Assembly: GCF_009914755.1 (NCBI RefSeq)
Contig: NC_060931.1
Reading direction: 5' to 3' (one strand)
DNA: 64,000 nt
Origin: the human T2T-CHM13v2.0 reference genome, Homo sapiens
Positions 20,194 to 36,365 of this stretch are shown here, piece by piece (position 1 is the stretch's first letter; every line of letters begins with the position of its first letter). The notes under the pieces are model-generated. The model searched no databases. It had not been told where the DNA came from and saw only the letters and a list, made by a program, of their open reading frames with translations. Both the position numbers and the translations under genes were made by a program.

Positions 20194-20779
20194 TGACCTC
20201 AGGTGATCCACCCGCCTCAGCCTGCCAAAGTGCTGGGATTACAGGCATGAGCCACCATGCCTTGCCTGCAAGGACTATTAATATGACATGACCGCCCTTT
20301 GTTTTTAAAATAACTCCCTCCCCCTTTATTAGCAATTCATACTCATTGTGTGATCAGAAAAATATCAAATATATAGAAAAAAATTAAAAGTATAATTACA
20401 ATGTCCCACTCACAGGCAGGAATCAGACTGTGAGGTCTGTATTTCTAAGTTTGTTTTCCTAATTATACAAAAAAATATCATTGCGGCCAGGTGCAGTGGT
20501 TTATGCCTGTAATCCCAGCACTTTGGGAGGCCAACGTGGACAGATCACAAGGTCAGGAGTTCGAGACCAGCCTGGCTAAGATGGTGAAACCTCATCTCTA
20601 CTAAAAATACAAAAATTAGTTGGGTGTGGTGGCATGCACCTGTAATCCCAGCTACTCAGGAAGCTGAGGCAGAATCGCTTGAACCCGGGAGGCGGAGGTT
20701 GCAGTGAGCTGAGATAATGCCACTACACTCTAGCCTAGGCAACAGAGTGAGACTCCGTCTCAAAAAAAAAAATAAATCA

Positions 20780-21038
20780 GTGACATGAAATGCAGACACA
20801 CAAGAGACTGATGTATTATACATTAGAGTGGTCTCGGGCTGGGGGTGGGCAGGAAGGAGGGGCTGGTAGATGCCAACTGAAGGGTGTGGGATTTCCTTTT
20901 GGGTGATGAAAATGTTTTACAATTGTCTGTGGTGACAGCTGTACAACTTTGTGAATATCCTAAAAGTCAATGAACTGCAGATTTTAAATGGGTGAATTAT
21001 ATGGTATGTGAATTGTATCTCAATCAAGCTGCTTAAAA
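20780..21038 (+). mobile_element. Old L1M (L1MB-like) 3' end
   Basis: TTTTGGGTGATGAAAATGTTTTACAATT...AACTTTGTGAATATCCTAAAA...TATGGTATGTGAATTGTATCTCAAT is typical of L1MB 3'UTRs. Confidence 0.7.
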
Positions 21039-21550
21039 CGGGTGTGTGTATGTACATATTCGAAATCAACCTATACATAAGATTGTGCAGTGTGCTTTCT
21101 TTACCTGTCGTATCATGTATCTTTCTCAATATCCATTACAAATTTTGGGAACTGTCTAAATGGTACTGTTTCAACTGTACCTAAGCCCACATATTATAGA
21201 TGTCTGCAGTAAGCAACGGATTTGGAGTTGCTTCTCCAGACGAATTGGAACACTCCCTGGGGCCCTTCTAAGAGAGGCAGGTGGGTAGCAGAGCCTGTCC
21301 AGAAAGCTGGGCAGATGCCCTGGCTGCTGTCCGTACTGATTGACAGCCACACAGAGGCTTCTCTTCCTGGCTTAGGATCTGCCTAGGGAGGGCCCTTCAC
21401 TTCCCAGGTATTCCGACTGAGGGTACTAGGTGGCTGCATCTCCTGGAGGCAAGGGCTGGGATCTGGAAGGATCCTGAACTCTGTCCTCCTGTCAACTATG
21501 TTATTCCCAGGGATGTGGGGTTTGGTAATTTACATGGCACACTTCGGGGC

Positions 21551-22265
<715 letters not shown>

Positions 22266-22799
22266 ACCCTAGTGTTCCTCCACCCATTGGAGCTGTATCA
22301 CAGGGACCACGACTTTCAGACCTCTCCCCATGCCCTCTTCCACTAACACAGGGAAATTCCAGCCCAGTCCTGAGGAACATGGTCAGGTCGATGGGTTTAA
22401 TTAATTCAGTATGCAAATGGGCCATGAGGTTTCTTAAAAGAGATGACTTAAAAGATCCTTTTCTAAATGATGAAGTCCCCTCAGCCCCACAGACAAGAAT
22501 GGGCCCCAAGGCTGGGCGCAGTGGCTCATGCCTGTAATCCCAACAATTTAGGAAACGGAGGCAGGAATTCAAGACCAGCCTGGGCAGCAGAGTGAGACTC
22601 TATCTCTACCAAAAATAAAAATTAGTTGGCCGGGCGCGGTGGCTCAAGCCTGTAATCCCAGCACTTTGGGAAGCCGAGGCGGGTGGATCACGAGGTCAGG
22701 AGATCGAGACCATCCTGGCTAACACGGTGAAACCCCATCTTTACTAAAAATACAAAAAAATTAGCCAGGCGTGGTGGCAAGCGCCTGTAGTCCTAGCTA

Positions 22800-22907
<108 letters not shown>

Positions 22908-23954
22908 TCAAAAAACAAAAACAAAAATTAGCCAGGCATGGTGGTGTGCACCTGTAATCCCAGCACTTTGGGAAACTGAGGTGGGAGGAGGACTTGAGCC
23001 CAGGAATTGAAGACCAGCTTGGGCAGCATAGCGAGACCCTATCTCTACAAAAAAATACAAATTAGCCAGCCACAGCGGTGCACACCTGTAGTCCCAGCTA
23101 CTCGGAGGCTGAGGTGGGAGGGGCTCAAGGCTGGAGTGAACTATGATTGAGCCACTGCACTCCAGCCTGGAAGACCAAACGAGACTGTGGTTTTTTTAAA
23201 AAAACAAAACAAAACAAAACAAAAAAAACAGAATGACCCTGGAGGTGGAGTTCAGTCCATCCTCCCTCTGCAGCTCACCCAGTCTGTGGTGGGCTTTCCC
23301 TTCCTGTGACTTCACTGCTGCAGCCTAGTTCCGTGTTCCGTGCTTTGCTTACTTGGAACACCCTTGGCTGGCCTCTCCACTCAAAACCTATCTATTCTGC
23401 AAGACCCGATGCACACACCACTTCCCCCAGACCTCGAGCTGGGTTCCTGGGCTGTTCTGAGTCTGAAGGGAGGGAGGGAGCCAGGCCTTTGAATGCCAGC
23501 CCCACCTCATCTGCATGAGGAGGAGACAGCAGCCACCTCCTGGGGCTGGATGAGTCGCTGACCTACGCTGGCGAGGGCCCCAGTACCAGATACAACACAG
23601 TGACTCTGCCACACAGAACAGCTTCCCTCCAGGTGTCCACACGGCTACTGGCCAGGAAGAGCACCCGTGGGAGGGAGGGAGGAAGGGACAGTGTTGTGCT
23701 CATCTTCATGGCCTGCACCCACCCACCTCCCTGCAGGGAGCCCAGCCCGTCCATTGCATGCCTTGGAGGTGCAAGCCAAGGTTTGGTAACACAGCTCCCT
23801 CTGAGAAGGGGAGGGATCTGTGAATGAGCAAGTGTCTAGGGCGAGGTCTTAATGCAAGGATTGCTGAAGAGAGGATCCTAGGCTAGGGTTCCGGCTCCCT
23901 CATGCCTGCGTGCATGTTAGCTTGAGGTAGGTACCATGCCCTTAAAACCATTTA

Positions 23955-24101
<147 letters not shown>

Positions 24102-24757
24102 TTAGAAGAAGCTAAACTGGGACGGATCTAGAAACGTCAGACACTGGCCTGTGGCCCTGGGTAAAACCTGTCCTGCTCTGAGGGATAGCCTATTTTTCAG
24201 GCTCACCTCCTGCCACACCCAGTCACTCCCAGTTCCCGGAACACATGAGCAATTTCCCCTCTGCCTGTAAGGCACCTCCCAGGAATGCTACCCTGATCCC
24301 AGGGCTCAGAGCAGATCCATCTCCCAGTCGTGGCCACTCCCAACACAACATGGGACTGTCCTGGAGTTCTAGGATGACAGATAAGGCTGCCTGACTCAGG
24401 GATCCTGAATTCCTGGAAAACTAAGCTGTAGCATCAACCACCTTTCCTCCTGACCATGGGCACACAGTGGGTGTTTAATATGCTTTTAATATTTTCCTCA
24501 ATGGCCAACTGCAGACGTGACCCAAGGGTTCAGGAATCCAGGTTTAAATCTTTATGAAAATGCTCAATATGTAGAGTTCTTGACTGGGCTTGGTGGCTCA
24601 CGCCTGTAATCCCAGCACTTTGGGAGGCCAAGGTGGGTGGATCACTTGAGGTCAGGAGTTCAAGACCAGTCTGGCCAACATGGTGAACCCTCGTCTCTAC
24701 TAAAAATACAAAAATGAGCCGGGTGGGGTGGCAGGCACCTGTAATACCAGCTTCTCA

Positions 24758-25060
<303 letters not shown>

Positions 25061-25134
25061 CTAATGACTGCTGCTGGATTCCATGGTTATCTTTTCAGCA
25101 ACATCAATTTCATAAGGTTGAGTTTTTCTTTTTA

Positions 25135-25560
<426 letters not shown>

Positions 25561-27189
25561 CTAAGTTTGAAATCAGAAGACTGGATTAAGGCATGGCTCT
25601 ATCATGCATTTTGGGATGCTCAGGCTGGGAGTGGTGGCTCACACCTGCAATCCCGGCACTTTGGGAAAATGAGGCAGGAGGACTGCTTGAGGCCAACATT
25701 TTTTGTGGATGAATATCTTTTTTTTTTTTTTTTTTTTTTTTGGAGACGGAGTCTAATTTTGTTGCCCAAGCTGGAGTGTAGTGGCGTGATCCCAGCTCAC
25801 TTCAACCTCTGCCTCCTGGGTTCACGTGATCCTCCTGCCTCAGCTTCCTGAGTAGCTGGGATTACAGGGGCCCATCACCATGACCAGCTAATTTTTGCAT
25901 GTTGGCCAGGCTGGCCTCAAACTCCTGACCTCAGGTGATCCTCCCACCTCAGCCTCCCAAAGTGCAGGGAGCCACCTCTTCCAAAGAGCTGGGAGCTCAC
26001 ATGCGTGAGCCATTGTGCTTGGCCAACCTCTTGTAAGCTTTCAATAGGATTGTGTGCAAATGCCTATAATTAGGTCTAGCACTCAATGGGCACAGAACAT
26101 GCTATGACTGTTCCAAGGCATACTGCACGCACAGTGTCAAGTCCAAAACCTCACTAGAGCATGGTCTATTCACCACCACTGTTGCTCACCAAGCTCACGG
26201 TAAAAAGGATAATAGTAATTTGTGCACTGGGCTGCAGCAGGCTTTGGGGACCTGCGTGGGGGTGGGGGGTGCACCAGGAGACTAGCTGTCCAGTGGGTGC
26301 CTCCCCATGTGCTGCACAACAGGGTACCTGGCATGCCAGGTGGGAGGCACAGAGGGAGACAAGGATGTGGACTGCACAAGGGCCCCAGATCACCAAGGTG
26401 TGAATCGGAAAGACTGGACTTCAGATCATCTGTGGGGGTGGTAACCGAGGCTTAAGAAGTGCTGTGTATTTTTTGTTTCTGAGATGGATTTTCACTCTTG
26501 TCATCCAGGCTGGAGTGCAGTGGCATGATCTCAGCTCACTGCAGCCTTCGCCTCCCAGGTTCAAGCAATTCTCATGCCTCAGCCTCCTGAGTAGCTGAGA
26601 TTACAGGCACATGCTAGCACATCCGCCTAATTTTTGGATTTTTAGTAGAGACAGGGTTTCGCCATGTTGCTGAGGCTGGTCTTGAACTCCTGACCTCAAG
26701 TGATCTGCCGGCCTTGGCCTACCGAAGCGCTGGGATTACAGGCGTAAGCCACTGCACCTGGCCAAGAAGTGCTGTGTATTTTGAAATAAGAAAGGCTCAT
26801 CTCTCCAGTGTACCATGCCCATGTGGTAGGCAAGTCCATGCCACACACAGCCAAGAGCCTGGGTATGTTTTTGGCAGACCAGGGTTTGATTTCCAGCTCC
26901 AGCATAAAACAGGTACTCTGCCTGGGCCGTTCAATCAACCTCTCTGGGCCTCAGTTTTTTCATCTGCAAAGTGGGGCGATACATCTTGGTTGCTGTCAAG
27001 ATCAAAGCCGTGGTGACCGTTGGAAAACAGCGAAGGAGTCGCTGCCTCACCAGCTCCACTTCTCAGACGCAGAAACCCATCAAGCCACTTGGAACCTGGC
27101 CCCTGGCCCTTCCTAGTGATATGATAAAATCCAGCATTGTGCACTGGGGCTGGGGGCCACATGGTTGATGGAAAGAATATGTGCTTTGA

Positions 27190-27560
27190 TGGAAAGACAG
27201 ACTTATGTTTGAATCTTAGTTCCAGCACACACTGGCTGGGTGACTGGGAGGCAGGTTATTTAAATACTGAAGCATTTGGCTGGGCACAGTGGCTAACACC
27301 TGTAAATACCAGTACTTTGGGAGGCCAAGGCAGACAGATCACCTGAGGTCAGGAGTTCGAGACCAGCCTGGTCAACATGGTGAAATTCTGTCTCTACTGA
27401 AAATACAAACATTAGCCAGGCATGGTGGCACATGCCTGTAATTCCAGCTACTTCAGAGGGTTAGGCAGGAGAATGGTGTGAACCCAGGAGGCGGAGGTTG
27501 CAGTGAGCTGAGATCACACCACTGCACTCCAGCCTGGGTGACAGAGCAAGACTCTGTCAC

Positions 27561-27616
<56 letters not shown>

Positions 27617-27730
27617 TGAAGCCTTGGTCTCTTCGTCTATTAAGTGAGGGTAGTAACTCCCTCCTTGTTAAGCTGTTGTGATTATAAACATGAGAACCTC
27701 CTACATCAAGTATCTGACACAGTCTGGATA
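27190..27730 (+). mobile_element. MIR split by an Alu with an A/(TA)n tail
   Basis: The two MIR-like halves are joined by the duplicated ATACTGAAGC (27264-27273 and 27613-27622). (TA)n lies at 27577-27614. Confidence 0.6.
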
Positions 27731-28699
27731 GAAACCAAATCAACATCACAAACCTTCACTAATAAATCCAAAGTCAGCACCTTTCTTTCCACCACACCAT
27801 AGGTTATTCTCTGTCGTGATCAAACCAAGCAGGAAGCCAAGATGTGGAAAGTCCTGGAGGACCAGGACACTTAAGCAACATTTAAGATGCTGCTGGCTCT
27901 TCTTTACATGAGAGATCTCCCCCAGCCCCCCATTCTTCCTTCTGTGCCTGGACCTGCCCGGGGTCAGTGCTGCCCAGGCAGGAAGCGGAAGCCCAGGTCA
28001 AGACCCACGTGGGCCTGGCTCGTTTCTCTCCTGGGGGGCGTTCTGCAACCCTCTGCCTGGTGCTGAGGTCGACCAGATGCCCCGGAGCTTCCAGACTCCC
28101 ATCTGGGAGGTCCTGGTTCCTGTCGCTGGCCGGTAGATTTTGTGGTGTGGCTGAGCGAAAGTGGGTGCAGAATTGTGTCGGCACACTGATGTCGCGTGGT
28201 TTATAGAGCCAAGGGCCCCGCAGAGAAGACGTGCTCAGAGCCCTGCCCACCCTCACGGGGTGGCCCACCATGGCCCTGACCCACCCTGCCTCACACTGGG
28301 CAGTGGCTCATGGCCATACGAAGAAAAATCCCACAGCCTGCCCACCCCAAGGCCCTCCCTCCCAGCCTCGTGACCCTAATCGCGGCTTCCAGCACCTCAA
28401 ACATGACCACTAGCTCACAGCAGGCCCCGCCCAGGAACACCCGTCCCCAGGCTGCACTCCCGGCCCTGTCCTGCAGACCTCCGCGTCAAAGGCCCCCAAC
28501 GGGACAGGGGTCCTCTAACTGCCCCCCACCTCTGCGCGCCCTCTGTTCCATTCCTTTTTGCCCCCTGCCTGAATCACGCACAATCTTGTTGCATCCATCC
28601 TCTTCCCACCCTGCGCCCGTGTGTCATTGTGGCCCTACTGCGTCCTCAGAGCAGGAGGGTGCAGCGACACGGCAGGCACTGGGTAAATGCCCCATGGTG

Positions 28700-29600
28700 G
28701 GGGTGTGTGAGCGGCGTCGGGGTGCGGCCGCTGTGAGGGGCAGCTCCTCTTGTGGCTGGGGCGGAGCTGAGGACACTCGGAGTTGGGGTGGGAGAGACGG
28801 GACTCAGGACTTAGAGGGAGCGGAAGGGGGCGGGGCTGGGAAGGGAGGTAGGGCGGGGAGCTGGGGGAGCGGGTGGGACGGGGCTGTGTGGGGCCAAGCT
28901 GAGTCGGGGGGTGGGATGCAGCTGGGCGTGGCTGAGTGGGGGCGGAGCTGAGTGGGGGGCGGGATGCAGCTGGACCACTCATTGTAGGAATTGCTGGAAG
29001 GGGCTGGTGGAGCAGGTCTGGTTGTGGGAGTTGGGTGGTGGCAGTGGGCAGGGCCGGCGGTGATGGAGGAGCCTGTGGGTTGGGGCAGGGCCGGTGGTGG
29101 AGGGCGGGGCCGGCGGGGAGGGGTCTGTGTGTGGGCGGGGCTGGGGCGGGGCGGAGCGGGGCTGGGGCGGGGCGGAGCGGGGCTGGGGCGGGGCAGGGCG
29201 GTGCAGGGAGCTGGGCGGATTAGGCCCCCGGCCCACTGTGCACGCTCCCCAGGCACTGCGGGCGTGATGATCTCTCTGAGCCGCATCCTCACGGAGCTAC
29301 TGCTGCCCGACGAGCGCGCCAGCATGCTCATCTTCTTCCTGGTGTCGGTGGCGCTGGAGCTGCTGTGCTTCCTGCTGCACCTGTTAGTGCGGTGCAGTGG
29401 CTTCGTGCTCTTCTATACCACACGGCCGCGCGACAGCCGCCGGGGCAGGCCAGGCCTGGGCAGGGGCTCTGGCTACCGCGTGCACCACGACGTCGTCGCC
29501 GGGGACGTCCACTTCGTAAGTGCGCACCGCCCACCTCCGTTCCCTCCTCTGTCCCCACCGCGACGTAGGGAAGTACCTGGGGCCCAGCCCCTGCCCTGCA
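28700..29600. promoter_or_regulatory. CpG/GC-rich island with tandem Sp1-type GC boxes and G-quadruplex-forming runs
   Basis: A 21-bp unit GCGGGGCTGGGGCGGGGCGGA repeated ~3 times at 29135-29195, plus many CpGs through the first retained SLC29A4 exon. Confidence 0.55.
29253..29515 (+). pseudogene. SLC29A4P: SLC29A4-like exon (parent ~7), TAGVMISLSRILTELLL...VAGDVHF
   Basis: ccccag|GC ACT...CAC TTC|gtaagt; 263 nt, phase-1 start. Confidence 0.93.
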
Positions 29601-30829
29601 TCCCAGGCTGCGGCCTCCTGCTGTGGTGGAGAATCCTTCCCGCCAGCACCCTTTATTCTGTCGACTCAGGTGTGGGTTCTTAGTGGCACCCCACGTCTCG
29701 TGGCCTAAGGCCCCACTCCACCCGCATCTGTGGTCCGGAGATCTGCCCAGCTGCTGTGTCCCACGGTGTGGGGCGTGCATGGTCCCTGTCCGCAGTGACA
29801 CCCCACATGATGTACACTAAAGTTTCCATCCCTGGGACAGCCCACGTTCGTTCTGAGGGTCTCAGCCCTCCTGGCTGCGCCAACCCACGTTGGAGAGTCC
29901 TCCTGCAGGCTCAGCCTGGCAGCAAACTCTCTAGGAAGCTCACACTCTTCCTCCCTAGAGACGGGACGCCAGGAGGGAAGTCAGGGCTCAGGGATAACCC
30001 TGGGTTCCCTGAGGGGGTGTGGCGGGGCCCCCAGAATTTCCCACAGAAGTCACCAGCCAGGAAAGGGAGTGGTCTCCCAGGTGGGGATAGACAGGCGGAG
30101 AGGGAGGGCCAGGGGCTTGGTTCTGTGGCCCCTGGCTCTGCTGGGCTTCCCTGTCACAGCACAGAGGCACTGCCCCTACGGGGTCCCCAGCACAGACAGC
30201 CCCTGCCAGGAGGTGCCCTATCCCACCATCCCTGGGCAGGCAGCTGTCCTTGGGGGGCTGGGGTGCCCTCTGATGGCAGCAGCGCTGCACAGCCCCCCAG
30301 GGTCAGGGCCGGCAGCTGTACAGGCCTGGGGACACCTGCAGGGTGAGGTCAGGAGTGCCAGGCCATGCAGAGGCGGGTCGAGGGAGCCATTGGTCCTCAT
30401 TCCTGAGGGTCCAGAACCAGAACAGTCTTGATGCAGGTCTTGATCCAGTGAGTCACCTGGGCACTTGGCTGGGGACACTGAAGTGAGCCAGAAACACCAT
30501 CCCCAGGGGAGCCCCCAGACCCAGAGAGGGGCCCAGGATGGAAGGGGACAAGCCAGGGGAGGGGTGTGTCCCTCTCATGGTCAGGGAGGTTCCCTGAAGG
30601 ACTTTTGGGCTAAGACCTGACCCACAGGAAGGGTGTTGGGGCACAGGGAAAAGTGTGTGCAGTGGCTCAGAGGTTGGGAGGAGCTCCGTTGGGTTTAGAG
30701 GAGGGGAGAAGCAAAGGGGTCATGGGGGACTAGATGCTCTTGTTGGTTTGGTCAGAAGCTGGTAGAGGGTTCACGGGAGTGATGAGATGGAATTTGCTGC
30801 ATCAGAAGTGTGAGAGACAGCCAGGCTCA

Positions 30830-31438
<609 letters not shown>

Positions 31439-31560
31439 GTGAGTGCGGGGGGTCCCTCTGCAGCCCTGGGGCTGGCACCCAGGCAGGGGGTGAGGGGGTG
31501 GGGGAGGCAGGTAGGGGTCCCCGTGGGCGCTGCCTCTGACCCCCACCCGCCACCGCCCAG

Positions 31561-31748
31561 CCGTGTTACTGCACCGCTACGTGGTGGCAGGGGTGATCTG
31601 GGCCGACATGCTCTCCATCGCCGTGACCTACTTCATCACGCTGTGCCTGTTCCCCGACCTCGAGTCTGAGATCTGCCACTGCATCCTGGGCGAGTGGCTG
31701 CCCATCCTCATGATGGCTGTGTTCAACCTGTCAGACTTCGTGGGCAAG
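31561..31748 (+). pseudogene. SLC29A4P: SLC29A4-like exon (parent ~9), LLHRYVVAGVIWADMLSI...DFVGK
   Basis: gcccag|CC GTG...GGC AAG|gtgggc; 188 nt. Confidence 0.93.
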
Positions 31749-32070
31749 GTGGGCTGCCTGCCCTGCCCGGTGTCGGGGGACACCATGGGGTGGGGGTGAC
31801 GGGGAGGCCCTGGCCCATCCGGGAAGGGTTCTGAGTGAAGGATGCATGTGGCTCCCAGGTGGAAAGGGCAAGAGCCATGCAGTGGCACCATCCTGGACAG
31901 TGTCCTCTGGAGGACAGCTCCGGCCTGATCTCACTGGGGCGCTCCGGAGTGTCAGCTGTATCTCAGAGGACAGGCGTGGCCCTCACCCTCTCGCCTCATG
32001 GTCACAGATCCCCCGGGGATGAGCACAGGAGGATGCCCCAGAGGGGACCCAGAGAGGGCAGGGACACTCA

Positions 32071-32506
<436 letters not shown>

Positions 32507-32737
32507 TCACTGCACTCGAGCTTGGGGGTTAGACCGATACCCTGACTCTAAGGGAAAAAAATGTAAGTGGAATTTGGGGGGTTTTAGAGGGGCGATCCGG
32601 AGAAGGGCAGGGGTGCAGGCTGAGCTGGACAGGCCCAGGAGTGTTTAAGGATGGGGATGTGGCTGGAGGCTGTCGGGGGTATGAGGGGAGTGGGGCTGTG
32701 GCCAGGACAGGGCGGCCACGTGCCTGGCTCTCTGCAG

Positions 32738-32978
32738 ATCCTGGTAGCCCTGCCCGTGTACTGGCGGGGCACCCACCTGCTGGCCTGCTCCTGCCTGCGT
32801 GTGGTCTTCATCCCCCTCTTCACCCTGTGCGTCTACCCCAGCGGCATGCCCGCCCTCCGCCACCCCGCCTGGCCCTGCATTTTCTCACTGCTCATGGGCA
32901 TCAGCAACGGCTCCTTCGGCAGCGTGCCCATGATCCTGGCAGCAGGCAAAGTGAGCCCCAAGCAGCGGGAGCCGGCAG
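32738..32978 (+). pseudogene. SLC29A4P: SLC29A4-like exon (parent ~10), ILVALPVYWRGTHLL...KQREPA
   Basis: ctgcag|ATC...GCA G|gtgagg; 241 nt. Confidence 0.93.
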
Positions 32979-34284
32979 GTGAGGCCCGCGGGACATGGGG
33001 GTGGGGGCGTCCTCCCAGCAGCGCAATGCCCACCTTGCGAGGAAACCCAGGCCAGACCACAAGAAGGTGCATTTGGGTTCCGGGTGTTCAGAACAGTCAA
33101 TGTCTGGGAGGCCATAGGTGTGGGGACATTCTCAGCCACTTTATTCACTCATTTATTCGTTCGTTCATCCCACAACTACTTGGTGAGCCCCTCCTGTGGA
33201 CCAAGTGCTTTTCAAGGCACTGGGGACATAGTGGCGACAAAACGGCGCTCCATGTGCTGTGGGACTGACTGTCCAGATGTGGAGGCAGCCCAGGCCGGGC
33301 ACAGTGGCTCGTACCTGCAATCCCAGCACTTTGGAAGGGCAAAGTGGGTGGATCACTTGAGCCCAGGAGTTAAAGACCATCCTGGGCAACACAGTGAGAG
33401 CCTCTCCTCTCTACAAAAATGTTTAAAAAATTAGCTGGATATGGTAGCGTGTGCCTATGGTCCCAGCTACTCGGGAGGCTGAGATGGGAGGATCACTTGA
33501 GCCCAGGAGTTTGAGGTTGCAGCTGTGATCACGCCACTGCACTCCAGCCTGGGTGACAGAGCAAGATCCTGTCTGAAAAAAAAAAAAAAAGATCCCAGAT
33601 CGGCGTGACTGGTTGAATGGCAGTAAGTCCTATGGGGAAAAATAAAGCAGAGAAACAGGAGTGATGGGATGGGAGAGTCAGGCTCAGGAGCCAGCAGTGT
33701 AAAAGGAGCAATCTGGGAAGACCTCACTGAGGAGGTGACTTTTGAGCAAAGACCTGGAGGAGGTAGCAAGAGAGATAGCCATGTGAGGATGCAAGGGAAA
33801 GGCATCCAGGAAGAGGGAACAGCATGTGCAAAGATCCTGCGGCACTGAGGCCAGGGGACGGAGCAGAAGAGGAACGGGGTTTGATGGTTGATAAAGCATC
33901 CCCCCAGCTGCCGTGGGCATGGAGGTGAGTGAGGAGCTACTTCACCAGTCCAAGCCCTTGAGAATGGGGCTCAAACCTGGAGGAGGTTGACGTGGCACTG
34001 GGAGGTGCCAGATTCCAGGTCTTGTTTGGACAGCAGCCCAAAGGACCGGCTGATGGGTTGAGAGGTAGGGTGTGAGAGAGGGAAGGGGGCTCCAGGTTTG
34101 GGGTCCACTGCTCAAGGCAAGAAGGCTGGCACTGGCACAGACTGAGATGGGAAGGGGCCTCGCAGGGAGGGGTTGGGGTTGGGTTTGGGACTTGGTACAT
34201 TCGAGGTGCCCATCGGACATCCCAAATTGTCCCTGATAGGGAGGAAGCTGTAGGTCGGAGAGTGGAGTTTTTTTTTCTTTTTAG

Positions 34285-34500
<216 letters not shown>

Positions 34501-35107
34501 TGATCTGCCTGCCTCAGCCTGCCAAAGTGCTGGGATTACAGGTGTGAGCCACCACACCTGGCTGAGACTGGAGATTAAAACGGGGAGGGTTGGGGCCAGG
34601 CGCACTGGCTCAGGACGGTGTTTTGGGAGGCCAAGGTAGGACTATTGCTTGGGACCAGCCTGGGCAGTATAGCGAGACCGAGTCTCTACAAAAAATTTTT
34701 TTACATTAGCCAGGCGTGGTGGTGCATGCCTGTGGTCCCAGGTACTCGGGAGGCTGAGGTGGGAGGATCGCGTGAGCCCAGGAGGTCAAGGCTGCAGGAA
34801 GCTATGGTTGTACCACTGCACTCTGGTCTGGGCAACAGAGCAAGACCTTGTCTTTAAATTTTAAAAATGGGGGCTTGGGGGACTCAGAGAAGCAGGCAAG
34901 GCCTGGAGTGCATAGCAGATGGCCTCGGGAAGAAGCAACGAGGAAGGACAGGATCTGGAGAGGGTGCTCCCAGGAGGAGCGATGGGGCAGCGGGTCCTGG
35001 AGGGGTGGCACGGTTCATGCAGGTGTCACCGCACCTCACACCCGAGCAGCCGTGGCCACCAGGTGGCCGCCCTGGCCCTGCTCCCCTCAGGCCAGTGTTG
35101 TCCACAG

Positions 35108-36365
35108 GGAACACCATGACTGTGTCCTACATGTCAGGGCTGACACTGGGGTCCGCCGTGGCCTACTGCACCTACAGCCTCACCCGCAACGCCCACGGCA
35201 GCTGCCTGCACGCCTCCACCGCCAATGGCTCCATCCTCACAGGCCTCTGAGCCAGCCCCGCCCACTGCCAGGGACGCCGAGGGCCTGACCAGGGGCCCCG
35301 AGGCCTGAGGGCCCCTCCCCCATCCCCACCTCAGTGCCTGCGGGGCCCTGAGCCTCCCCCTGTGCCAGCAGCACCACTCCCTCAGGGTCCAGCCATCCCC
35401 CACCCTGGACTGAAGTTCTGCAAAGTCCTTTGAGGACCAGAACACGTTTCTGCGACCCGGGGCTCTGGCCAGCACTCTGTTCTGTGTTTGGTCTCATACC
35501 TGCGTCTACCTTCTATCTGTGTCTGGCGGCCCCAGCTCCAGCCCAGCCAGCACTCTGCAGGGTCATACGCACCATGTCACCACCCAGGACAGCAGACACC
35601 CGCCAGAGTGTGCGTGCCCAGTGACTGCACCCCGGCCCTCATCACCCGCTGGCACTGATCAGGGCACCACCTGGCCCAGCCTCCATCAGGGACCCCTCCT
35701 CATGAACCCTGGAGCCCTGAGAGGAGAGGGGCAGTCCCCCACCTTGTCACCCTCAGGGCTTCCCCTTCTGTCCTCATTCTTAGAGACTGCTTCTCCCAAA
35801 CAAAACGCGTTAGCCATGAAGGAGTCGGAGCCCTGGGTCCGAATGGACCCGCCTGCAGTCTGCGTCAGCCTCTGGGAAACCACAGCGGTGATGCCAGCTG
35901 GGCACGTCAGGACCTCCCCACACACCCACGTGATGCCACAGGTCGGGGGATGTGCCGGACTAGGGAGCCCTCCTATTGCCTTCCTGGCCCAGGATAGAAG
36001 AGGGGAGGTAAGTCTGGGGACTTCGAAGCCGGGCCCCCCACCCTGGCTGAAGTCAGCTTGACCTAGGTCTTGACCCTCATCCAGCAAGGGACCCGACAGA
36101 CCCAAGGGTCCCTAGAATGTAGGGAGGGGCTGGGGGTCACTCCAGCCCGGGCCTCCCAGAACACCAGGCCCGTGTGGGTGGCACCCTGAGTTCAGGGAAT
36201 CCTAAGGGTATCCTTCCAGAGACGGCGTTTCCAGGGGGAGGACTGCCCACCCTTCCAGATCCCCGGCCCCGGCTGTGACTGCCCTGTTTCACCCCTGCTG
36301 TGTCCCGTCACCCGTCTGTCCACTAACTGTACCACACCAGCCATTAAAAGATGAAGGCAGACGGC
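35108..36365 (+). pseudogene. SLC29A4P: SLC29A4-like terminal exon (GNTMTVSYMSGLTLGS...SILTGL*) plus 3'UTR
   Basis: ccacag|GG AAC; TGA at 35248-35250; poly(A) signal ATTAAA at 36343-36348. Confidence 0.9.
36343..36348 (+). terminator. Putative poly(A) signal (ATTAAA) of the SLC29A4 copy
   Basis: Hexamer about 1.1 kb after the stop codon. Confidence 0.6.

Noticed and set aside
28310-29331. 175-230-aa Gly/Pro-rich ORFs
   Set aside because: They are GC-rich intronic repeats; only the part from 29253 is real exon.
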